DNA from: Sminthopsis crassicaudata
Taxonomy: Eukaryota
Assembly: GCF_048593235.1 (NCBI RefSeq)
Contig: NC_133617.1
Location: 51,731,767 to 51,795,766 of the forward strand
Direction: 5' to 3'
DNA length: 64,000 nt
The notes below the pieces were generated by a model. It made no database searches, was not told the origin of the DNA, and worked only from the letters and a program-made list of their open reading frames with translations. Shown here one piece after another: positions 1 to 11,758 of the stretch. How positions within the stretch are numbered: the stretch's first letter is position 1; each line of letters begins with the position of its first letter. A program made the translations under genes and the position numbers.

Positions 1-50
1 CCCTCCTGGCTGGGCCAAAGTTAAGAACTTAAAGAACATCACATTTTGGC

Positions 51-68
51 ACCCCATGTTGGGCGCCA
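51..68 (-). mobile_element. Retroviral primer-binding site (tRNA-Lys1,2 type)
   Basis: Minus strand reads TGGCGCCCAACATGGGGT, 16/18 match to the tRNA-Lys1,2 PBS TGGCGCCCAACGTGGGGC, directly after the LTR 3' end. Confidence 0.85.
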
Positions 69-71
69 AAA

Positions 72-655
72 TCTAATGTTCTCTTTCTCTAAATTGTAAT
101 CTTCTCTGGGAGCAGGTTTCTTGGGGAGCTTCTGGAGGCAACCTTAGTTTCAGTTCAGTTCAATAATCCCAAAATGCAGCCAGAAGTTAAAGTCCAGATC
201 CTATATTGTGTCCTTCAAAGTCTTGAATCTTTTCCTGGGGTCCGGCTAGCTTTAATAGAGGCCTATCTCTCTCTCCTTGGTTCCCCAATGAGCTCTTGTC
301 AGAATGTCTCCAGCCAGCTTCAGTCTCTCATCCTCCCGATGTCTCCAGCCAGCACAAAGGTAGACATGGGAATGAATCAGATTCTGCCTCTGAGAGTGGA
401 ATTGTGGGCTTCTGTGTGCTTGGCCCCCAGAGTTTCTTGCTTATATAGTGCACACTGAGTATACACCAATCATTTCATCACTAGGAAACCATTATTTATT
501 GTAGGATTAAATCAATGTTAAATTAGATTTGATCATTTTTCCTCAGTTCCACTCAGTACCTTGTTTCAAGTTCTGGCCCATAATATCTCCTTGTAGGATC
601 AAATCAATTGCCTCTATTCATTCCAGTGACTTAGCATCTTGTAAGAATCCTAACA
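72..655 (-). mobile_element. ERV 5' LTR (about 584 bp), antisense in last intron of KXD1; internal region continues left of the window
   Basis: Minus strand starts TGTTAGG at 655, has TATATAA at 447-441, and ends ...AACATTAGA then TTT and the PBS. Confidence 0.8.
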
Positions 656-835
656 GCTTCTGTAGTGGAGCCTGGGCCTTCTGTCCTGCTTTAGGAAAGG
701 GACCTCAGCCAGGAGCCCCTGGGTCACCTCAGCCTTGGCTATTTTCCTGTGCCCCCCCCCCTTCCAGTTCTTCCAGGAGGAATGGGTTCAAAGCTCTCTG
801 CAACTTCCTTGTCTTGATGCCTCTCCCCTCAACAG

Positions 836-1086
836 ATATCCATGAGTCTCCCATCCTGGAGGAGGAAGATGATGATGTGGACCCCGTTCTGGCCAGCTCA
901 GCTACCACCATTGCTACCTCAGAGCAGAGTACAGGGTCTTGTGACACGAGCCCAGACATCATCTCCCCTGTCCTGAGCCCTGATTTTGAAGATTTATCCC
1001 AGGGTCGGCTGGATTCCCCAGCTCTGAATGGAGAAAGCCTGACAGGTGATGACGATGATGGTGGTGGTGAGGGAGCCCAGGAATAG
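836..1086 (+). CDS. KXD1: KxDL motif-containing protein 1, terminal coding exon (upstream exons outside window)
   Basis: Acceptor ctcccctcaacag|AT at 835/836; translates ILEEEDDD...[18 protein letters not shown]...LSPDFEDLS, matching the recalled KXD1 C-terminus; TAG at 1084-1086; upstream neighbour of UBA52. Confidence 0.93.
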
Positions 1087-1599
1087 GAGGGCTTCCCCTC
1101 CGCCCCAGGTCCCAAGGAGTCAGGGTGCCAAACGGTGCCTTCCAGCGTCCTGGAAATGTGGTCCTGGCTGGTCGCAGATCTGGGGGAAACCGCTCCAGAA
1201 AGGATTCTGCTCTGGCCCTGGCTCGAAGCCAGAGGTAGGGGGTGGCCCTGCCCTTGAGGGATGGCTGCTCTGGGTTTCTCCAGCTTTTCTAGCTAAGGCT
1301 TTACTGCTGATGTCTTTCTTGCCAAATCCTTTTCCTCCCTGGCTCCCAACCCCAGCTTCTAGTGTTTCTGCACATTATAAAGCCACGCCTGGCTTTTCTG
1401 GGGCTGTACTTCTTGGGGTTCCAAAGGTTTGTTCTGAGCTCTATGAGGAGGGAGGCTCACTGCCTTGTCCTCTGGCTCTCTCTGGCCACGGCTCAGACTC
1501 ATTCCCAAGGAGTCGGGGAAGTGGTTCCCCCTAAAACCCAGAGCCAGGCCAGGTTTGTGCTTACACGAAACTTCCTCCCCGAGACACATACACCCCCCC

Positions 1600-1690
1600 A
1601 AACACACATACATAGACACATTATACACATTACACACACACACACACAAACCCACATATCACACACAGACACACACATACATACAAGCAT
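1600..1690. repeat. Imperfect (AC)n low-complexity tract in KXD1 3' UTR
   Basis: acacatacatagacacattatacacattacacacacacacac... Confidence 0.8.
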
Positions 1691-2008
1691 GTACTACACA
1701 TTCCCTGGCTTTACCCCAACTCCCCTCGGTGTATGCTCACCGGCCCATGCCCACCGGCCCAGCGGACACTTAGCACAGAGGAAGCATCAAGTATTTTCTT
1801 CTGTTGGCACCCTTAGGGCTTTTTTGAAACCACTAATGTTTGAGATGGAGATTCAGAGGAAGCAGTTTATTTTCACGGACAGTATTTGAGAGAGACCAGC
1901 CACCACCTGTTTCCCCACTGAGAGAGGAGAAGGTACCCCCAAGTCGCTGCCTCCTCCTCCACTCCCCTCCTCAGGGCCCTCAGCCCAGTGGGTAGGGACA
2001 TCTTTGAA

Positions 2009-2073
2009 AATAAAAGGTTAATTGACTATTTTTGTACCCTAAGTTTACACGTACTATGGGGGAAATAAATAAA
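2009..2073 (+). terminator. Candidate KXD1 poly(A) signals
   Basis: AATAAA at 2009-2014, 2064-2069 and 2068-2073, about 0.9-1 kb after the stop. Confidence 0.6.
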
Positions 2074-3121
2074 ATATCTCTGTTGCTATGAGGGTCAGTC
2101 TAAAACCGTGTATCCTGCCTCCTTCCTGCAATGTGGGCCTGGGAAGAGTGGACCAGATGGGGGTTGGGAGATGGGGAAGGAGCGGTTCCTGGGCTGCAGG
2201 AAGCCACAGTGAGAGCAGTAGCTGCATCAGCTGGATGGAAGGCCAGAGGAGGGCCTCCCAAGCCTGAGAGTTGTTAAGTGGAAGGTACAGCTTCCCTGTT
2301 TAGTCCCAGTTGCTGCCTGGTGTGGTCTGCCTGAGGCGCCAAGGGCTAAGCTGGGGTGGGTGGGTATGGGCAGGAAGGAGGCCGGTGATCCAGCCGGTGC
2401 ATTGTTGTGCCTTTGAGAGGCCTTTTCCTGATATTGTGGGAGATTGGGCTGGACAGGTAAGCTGAGGCCAGGGGATGGATTAATTGCTGGTGCTGTTGGG
2501 AGAAGGAAGAGGATCTGGGGCCTGGGATTTCGCCAGCTGCAGGTGCTCTTGAGGGAGCATCTCTCTACCTCTTCTGGAACTTGGGAGCCTGGAGCCCCAA
2601 GGGGCAGTGACTTGGCCAGGCTCGCACAGCTGGGATGCAGACACTGCCAACGGTCCCTAACACGAGCTGGTCCCTAAAACAAGCCAGTCCCCAGTCTCAG
2701 AACTTACACTCAGGGAGAAGGTGGGGAAGGTTAACACATTCACGAATGACCAAATCCAAGCTCTGTACACAAGATGAATGGGATCCTTGCACAGGGGTGT
2801 ACTGGAGGCCTCTTGGAAGTGCAGCTTAGGTGAACCTTGAAGGGGCAGAGCTGGGAGTCCGGGAAGAATGGGTAATGAGGGAAGGTGTTCCAGGGTCTGG
2901 ATGCCCACCCGATCCACTGGTGATTATGTTGTGAGCAGGGGAGGGACACGGTCACAGCAGGGTTTGGGGAGGTGAGAGCTATGCAAGAGAGAATGGAGGA
3001 AGAAAGATTGGGAGTCATTAATCAATCTGAGTGCCGGAATGGGTCTCGTCCAACCCTAACTCATTTTACAGGTGGGGAAAAACAGGCTCAGAATGGGAGA
3101 ATTCTAAGTCACAGTTCAGGG

Positions 3122-4028
3122 TGTAAGGACAGACTCAATAGGATTGCTTCCTCCTTATCTTAGGCAAAGGTTATTGAGCTGGGAGACCATGTTAAATCCA
3201 ACCTGTGTATCCAGTGAAGGCACCTGCTCCACGGTTGCACTCTTCCCCGAGGAATATTAGCTGGAGCCTTCACTGTGGCTGAGCAGGTTTAGTAAGCTGG
3301 GGATGAGTTCCCCTGATTAGTGGGTGAATGGTGAAACTCTTAAGCCCATGGTTCCTGCTGGCTCCAAACCTTGTTTCATGACAGCCATCCTTGGAAACTA
3401 GGATTTAACCAGCATGCGTGTCTTGCATTGGGCCCTGTTCATTCCTCTATTCGGGAAGTCCTTTTTGAATCTTTCCTGTCCCTGCGACATTGCTCTCCTT
3501 CATAGGTACTACTATAGGTGATGGGGGTTGAGGTCCCTTTAAGATTTCCTTTCTGATTTCCCAACCCCCATGGCTGACCTTTGACCCATAAATCCTGGTC
3601 AAAAAGCACCCTTTTGAATATCCAGGCCCAGCCCCCACTGGATCTGAGCTGGCTTGGGTTTTTCAGCCCTCACTATCTGCTCAGGTTTCCCCAACCCCCC
3701 ACACTTTCTTATCTGAAAAACCCGCCAAGAATTTGGGGCACCACCCACCAGCCCTTTTTAGGTATAAAAGAGCCAAGCTAGAGCTCTCTTTGCAAGAGCC
3801 CTTCCCCCCAAAACATGGTATACTTCTGGCCATATAAGGGTTCCTGCCCACCCAGAAACCACCTTTGGCTCTGGCCTCTTTCTACCTTTGACTTTACTTC
3901 CAAATTTCTACAATAAACCTTTTTAATCAATCTAGGTTTTCAGGCCTGTAAATTCATTTACAGGGAACACTGCGCCTCATGGGACTATCTTTGCACTGAC
4001 AAAACGAGGTTCCCCCTTTCCTATCTCA
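3122..4028 (+). mobile_element. Probable solo LTR (boundaries approximate)
   Basis: TGTAAGG start candidate, TATAAAA 3763-3769, AATAAA 3912-3917, ends ...CTATCTCA; no TSD identified. Confidence 0.55.
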
Positions 4029-4479
4029 TTATTGGCAAACTGGCCACTTACTGGTCTCATAAATCCCACATAATGCACGATGCTTTTCCTCCTTCCACCT
4101 TTCCCTCTCTAAATTTTTCATCAGAACAATTTAAACCATAAAATCGTAAAGACAAGAACTCTAACTCAATAATCTACCTCAGAGGATGCACGATGTGAGA
4201 AACTACCCCCCTTCTGATAAGAGGTGAAGGACTCAGCGAATGCATATTGGGACATTTTGGGGGAAATGACCAATGTAGGGATTTGTTTTGCTGGATGGTA
4301 TATGTTTATAATGGAGGCTTTGTTTTTCTTTATCAATGGGGAGGGAGGAAATAAAGGTGGGAGGGAGAAGAGAACCTCAAAATAAACAAATTTTAAAAAG
4401 TTTTTCAATGGGAAAAGTTTTCATCTATATCTTGGATAGGATAATGCCTACTACAACTTATTGATTTGATTTGCATATA

Positions 4480-4920
4480 TGCAATTATTTAAATATCATA
4501 ATTCTTCTTGCTTTGTATCACATCTTTTCCCCTTAGGACTTAGTAGTACAACATTGGTTAACTTGGTAAGAACTTACTTGCTGACGAATTGGCCGGAGAG
4601 TAGTCCATTTCCCTCTCCCTGTTTTTGTACTGCTACTGCCGTCTCCTCCCCCACCCCTACCATCCCTTGCAGGTCTTGCTCATACCGGGTTGCAGTCTCT
4701 AGCTTTCTTTCAAGGTTTAAACTAAGCATGAATTCCTTCTACACTTGATGCTCCCCACTTGCTAGTGCTTCCCCTCCAAGGATATGCTATAAACTGTTTA
4801 ACAATCAGCTCTCCAGAGAATACATGCAGTTCTCCACTTTAACAATCAGCTCTCCAGAGTATGCGTGCCGTTCTCCATCAGTCAACAAAACGAGCCGTAC
4901 TAGTATTTGTTTTCTTAGAT
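4480..4920 (+). mobile_element. Possible degenerate LTR-like element
   Basis: CTATAAA near 4787, internal 41-bp tandem duplication and possible degenerate poly(A) signal (CAACAAAA); family not recognised. Confidence 0.3.
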
Positions 4921-5479
4921 GTAAAGGCTCATTCTGAAAAGTGACGGACTAGCCAGCTCCGGCTCCTCCCATAACACTAGCACGCCGATTTCGCAGCGGT
5001 CTCGTCAGTTTCTGCCTTCTCTCCTCCTGATGAGACTGAGAGCTGAGGGAGGGCAGGCCTAACGTTCACTTTTGCTCGGTATTCCCGGAGGGGTTCTCGG
5101 TGCCTGCGGGTAGCTTAACTAAATGCTTGTTCACACTCCCTCACAAGAAGCCTCCCCAGGGGCTCCCCCTCTAAGAAAAAGGGTTCCGGAGTCGGAAGCT
5201 CGCGCTGGTCATTTACACTGGCATTCAGAGGGGCCGGGTCCGAATTCTGGGGCCATGACTCCGCTCGAGTCTGACTCCGTGGGCCTCGGTCTGTAAAAAG
5301 TCGGAGCAAACGGCCTCTTCATTAGAAGTGTGCTGTGATAGAGCGCCGGACTTGGGCTTGAATCAATACCGGAGTCTAGGGCAAGTCATGCAGTCCCTGG
5401 GCCTCAGTTTTCTTATCTGCAGGGGATCCTAAGGCTTCGTCCGGTTTTAAAATCTAACATCCTATGACCTCACGCTGCT

Positions 5480-5736
5480 TTAGGAGGCTCAGCCCAAGTT
5501 CCCGAAGCTCAATAGGCCGGAAGTTCTCCGCCAGGACATCGGCTGACGTCTCTCGCCCTCTTCAAAGATGGCCTCGGTGGGAGCGGAAATGAGGCCTAGG
5601 AGGCGGGGCCTGGCAGGATTGTGACGCGCAGCTCCCTGCCGTGGGGTGGGGCTTGAGTGCGCAGGCGTGGAAAGGCAGCGAAGGAGCCGTTTCCGCTTCC
5701 GGTGGCCTCTTTCTCTTCAGCGAGGCGGCCGAGCGG
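5480..5736 (+). promoter_or_regulatory. UBA52: UBA52 CpG-island promoter and non-coding exon 1 with 5' TOP tract
   Basis: ETS CCGGAAGT 5517-5524, CRE-like TGACGTC 5544-5550, YY1 AAGATGGC 5565-5572, NRF1-like TGCGCAGGCG 5658-5667, tandem ETS TTCCGCTTCCGG 5691-5702, TOP CCTCTTTCTCTTC 5706-5718, donor gagcgg|GTGCGT at 5736/5737. Confidence 0.85.
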
Positions 5737-6657
5737 GTGCGTGTTGCTAACCGGGATCGGGGTCGGCAGCGGGGCCAGGAGCACGAAGCCAGGTCTAGGA
5801 ACCAGGCCCGGGATTAGGGCGTGCGACGCGGGGAAGTTGGGTCGTGTCCAAAAAGCGCAGGGGCAGGTCCCGGGTGGGGAGGCCCAGGCCTCGCCGGGCC
5901 TGGTGGGACTGAGGGCGGCCCGGCGGCGCCGAGTCTGCGCCCGGAGGCAGGGGAGGCGCGCTGCGACAGCCGTGGCCCGGGTGTCTTCCTGTGGAGCTCA
6001 TCTGGCCACTCGGAGCCTCCGGTGACGAGGAGATCACTTCCTGCCCGGGCGGCCCCCTCGGCGCTCGGGCCTGAGCCTCTCCTGGCGCGCTTGGACTCCC
6101 GCCGCCGCGACGGACGGGCCACTGGTGCACTTCCAGAACCACTGGTAGAATGCGGGAAGGAGACGCTGGGCCCAGGGTCAGAGCGAAAGGCCCCGGCTGT
6201 AACACGATGGCTTGTGCATCCCGGCTGGATTGGAGCAAGGCTGGAATGACCAGACTCAGGGGGCCCCTACCGGGGAATCCCTCCCGTGTCCCCGGGAAAG
6301 GGAGGGGCGAGCTGGGGGGTGGGGGCACGAACAGACTTCCCAGTTGTAGCGTCTAACCCTTGTCCGGTCCCTCACTCACACGCCAAGAAAAACGGCCCCT
6401 CAGCTAGATGTAGATTGAAGTCATCTGACTCCAGATTAAGTGTCCACTGTAGCATTGTTTGTTTCCTTAAACTTCTGTAAACAAACGGCCTGGTCAGGGC
6501 CCCGCTGAGAGAGCGAGGAACATCTGGGGAAAAGCTGGAATGTGGGCGGGTGGCAGGCCTAGGCCATGGGCTTGGAGCTGGAGTTAGGTGAGGAGAGGCT
6601 GGGGTAGGGTCCCTGGGGAAACTTGGGAGGGGGCTGGAATTGCAGGGCAGAGAATAA

Positions 6658-7814
<1,157 letters not shown>

Positions 7815-7921
7815 AGACCAGCCTGGGGACCCAGTTTTGGTTTGGTTCCCCTGACTGAAGTGCACTTGAGTAGTCTGTTGTAACAAGGCCTTATTCCTGG
7901 GTTTAATGGGGCTGTGATATC

Positions 7922-7927
7922 AATAAA
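7922..7927 (+). terminator. UBA52 poly(A) signal (distal)
   Basis: AATAAA about 107 nt after the stop, followed by U/GU-rich sequence. Confidence 0.75.
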
Positions 7928-10900
7928 ATCCCCTTTTAGTTGAGAAGCAGTAGCTCTGGTGTCTGTGTAACTCATTCTATATATTTGTGGGAGCGTTTGG
8001 CAGGGGGGGGGGGGCTTCTGGGAGGAAGGGTGGGAAGGTGCTGTTGGGGAGGGTGCCTGGGAAAGAGACGGAGACAGCCCAGTGGCTAGGAGAGCTCTTG
8101 CAGTCTGGCTCTGATGGACTTCACAGTTTGACCTGGAAGAGTTACTTTGTAAAAGGGAATACAGCTTGTGAAGAAGAGAACCGGCAATCTGTGAGTTAAT
8201 GACAATCTCAGGTGTGCCATCATTGATTCCCTTGGTATCTTTGGCCAAATCGTTTCCTTCACTCAAAAATGGAATTGGACTCTTTAAAGTAGTCACCCCT
8301 TGGAGGCCTGGCCTGTATGTGGCCTGGTGGTTATGTCATTGGAGACAACCTAGTCTAACCCTTCCACCCTTTTTGGTAGATTGAATGCCTATCTTGAGCT
8401 TTAGCTAATAAGCTGGAGATACTAGGATTCCTCTTGGATGGGATTGGTTTGGATGGCCACGCTGTCAACATATGGCTAGTGTGCTCTGATCTCCCCAAAC
8501 CTCAGAAGACTTGGCTATAAAGCTTGAAAACAAACCCTGCATTAGATAGAATAAGCTGTGACAGCGCCTAGCACACAGAAATAAAGAGTGCTTGTTTATA
8601 AATGCTGCTTGGATATCAGGCCCACCCTTGGAGTCCCTGAGATTTATATAAGTGGTCTTTGTTGAATCCCACTTTAAAGATGCCATTGATGGGGAGAAGT
8701 TATCCCCTGAAAGGATCCATGCCCTTGGGAGCAGCTTTATTCCTCAGAAAATGAAAAGGCCAATTTAGTGCCTTCCAACTAAGGAGGCATCAGGAGTGTT
8801 CTGTTCTCCAGGCAGCTCTCTTCTGGGACACTGGATAGGTTGTGGGGAGGGGGGTGTGTCTTCCAGCTGAACCTTTTGGGGACCCAGGTTCTCAATGTCA
8901 AAAGTGTCAGGCTGAGATCTGGTGTCTATCCCATGTTAAGTGACAGACCTGGAACCTGAGTGACACTGAAGAAATACAGTGGGCACATTGAAGGGATGGG
9001 GCAAGCAGCTCCCCAGTCTGCTGCCTCTGTGACACGAATGCGCTGGACAGGACCTTGAGAATCCTTTTTAGCTCCACTGACCTGACCCACTCAGAGCTGG
9101 GGGACATGTGCACAGCCCTTTGGTGCCAAGATCTTTAGGGAGTCTGTTGGTCTCGGTGGGCTTGTAGAATTAGTAGTGCCACCATTACCTCCTACAGAGG
9201 GGTGGCGTGGCCTGGTGTGTCAGATAAGTAGCCCAGTGCTACTTCCCCAGTGCTGGATGAAGCCAGGTGAAGGTGATGGAGGAATATTTGATAAAAATAA
9301 GAATGCAATAAGGACCATGTTCCTGGAGATGGTTTTCTGAGTATGTGATTATTCACTTTTTGTACTGTTTGTGGTCCCCCTTTTGAGTTTGACACCATTG
9401 GCCTAATGAATAAAGGGCTGGATTTGAGGTTAGAAAGAACCAGGTTCAGATTCTGCAGGTTCAAGTTACTCAGCTTTCACTAATCATCATACTGTGTAAG
9501 GATCTGAGCAGATGAGTTTATAAAAGTACCTCCAGTCAAAAAGCTACTAAGTACTAAAACCAGAATTTGAAGCCAGGTATCGCAATTCCCAAGTCGATTC
9601 TTATTTATTCAACTATCCCATCCTACATTTTATTCACTTTAGTCTGGAGATAATACCCATTTATATGTTGCCCCCACTAAAATGTAAGTTTCTTGATGAC
9701 AGGGACCTCGCCTTTATTTGTATCCACAGTATGTAGCAGCACGGCACCGTGTCTGGTATATAGTAGGTGATTAATATAATTTATTTGATGTAATCTCCTG
9801 TGAAGGAGACAAAAATAGGATAATTTGGATTTTCAAAATGGAAAAAGTAGCTTGTTCATACATTGTCAAGGAAATAAAACCTGGTTTCTCATTTCCAACT
9901 ACAGAGCTCTACCTTGTCTTCCACTGTTTTCCTCTAGGTAAGAGCTGAAACATTACCCTATCTCAGCTGAAAATATGATTGAACTTGGGCAATCAATCAA
10001 CTAATCATCAAGCATTTAAAAAATGTTTTCATTGAAATTTTTTCAAATAAAAAGTGACCTCCCTCTTACATAAGCAAAACAAATTCTAGTATTAACCATA
10101 TTACCCACCCCCCCAAAAAAGTGCATTCTGAGTCCTTCAGCTCTTGGTCAGGAGGTGGGCATCATATTTCATTATAAATCCTCTGGAATTGTAGTTGGGT
10201 TATTGCATTTATTAGTGCTTTCAAGTGTAAATATCTACAATCAGTGTATATTTTCTGGCTTTGCTTACTTTGCATCTGTTCATACAAAACTTCCCTAGTT
10301 TCTCTGAAATTGTCTTCATTATTTCTTACTGCAAAATTCTGTCCCAGTCACTTGCTGTAATGGGTTCAGTCTTCACTACTGATTGCCACTTCCTTGGATT
10401 CTAGTTCTTTGTCATCACAAAAAAAAAATCTTTCCGTATGATTAGATGATTTTCTTCTTCCTTTTCTTTGGGGGCACAATTCTGCCAGTAACACTGGGTC
10501 AAAAGGTGGGCACAGTTTCCTAACTTGCTATGTATAGTTCCAAATTGCTTTTTAGGATGGCTGGACCAGTTCATGAGTCCCCCAACAGTGAAATTACTGT
10601 TTGCCCAACAGCCCAGCTAGTATTTTTCAATTTTTTTCTTTTTTGGTCATTTCCCAATATTGTGCTGGGTGCTGTCAAATCTGTTCCTCAGTTTCTTCAT
10701 CTGTAAAGCAAGGGACCTAAACACTTTTCTAAGAAGCAAGAAAAGCACCACTGTGTGTGAGGCAGGGGGAAGAAGATGTAAAATGTGCAAAACCTTCAAA
10801 TTTCAGATTTACTGTATTGCAGGCAGCTGGAAGGTTCAGTGGATAACAGCTCTTAGTACAAAATACTTAGCACATAGTAGATGTTCAGTAAGTATTGTCT

Positions 10901-11668
10901 AGAGCTTTGGGAGAGTTGAATCTCTAACCTCAAATCCCATTTGACATTACCGGTGACCCTGAGTCAAGTTACTTAACCTCTGCTGCGTCAGTTTCTCCAA
11001 TTGTAATGGGAATTGCATTTTTTTTTTTTTATCCCTCCTCCCTCATAGGGCTGTTGTGAAGATAGTTGAAACAATTGCAAAATGCCTAGTAAGGCACATG
11101 GTGAGCACCTTAATAAATGCTTATTTCCTCCCTGTTTTTTCATTTACTGCTGGTATCTTAATATTAAATAACCCTTATATGTTAGAATCTAATGCACACA
11201 TGATTAGAATGTTCTCGCAGGAGAAGATAGGAGAACACATGCTAAAGGGCTGCAACCTGTTATGATGGATAATGAAGATCTGAGTTCAAATTCTCCCTCG
11301 GAATAGGTGTGTCCTAAAACAAGTAACTGAACCTTAGACGGTTTCCCTGTTTGTAAAATGGGGATAATTCCTCCCACCTCCCAGGCTTGTGATAAGGCAA
11401 TTTATGTGCAGAGCTTTGCACACCTTAAAAGCGTAATAAATGCTGGCCTGTTAATATTCCTACTCCGGGGAGAACAAGCACGTGAAGATCGAGCTGCACG
11501 TGGGTAGAGAAGGTAATCTATGGGGGCGGGGCGGGGTGGAGCCCTCGGTGACCGGCAGGCGGCTCAGGCCCTCCCACTGCCATTCTCTCATGAGTCCTCC
11601 CGTCCTGTAGAGGGCGCAGGCGGAGTCTGGCAGGGCCGAGCCGAGGCGCGGCCTCTAAGGGGCCTGCG

Positions 11669-11758
11669 ATGCCGGGAGCGAGAGCCGAGGCAGAGACTCC
11701 GGCGTCCCCAGGCGGAGGGGCGGGCGGCCCGGGGCCCGAGGAGCCGGCCCGGGCTAGG
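11669..11758 (+). CDS. REX1BD: REX1BD exon 1
   Basis: MPGARAEAETPASPGGGAGGPGPEEPARAR; donor AGG|GTGAGC, phase 0; EEPA aligns with recalled human N-terminus. Confidence 0.75.

Noticed and set aside
1-835. Upstream KXD1 coding exon within the window
   Set aside because: No KxDL-domain-like translation found; most of the interval is the LTR
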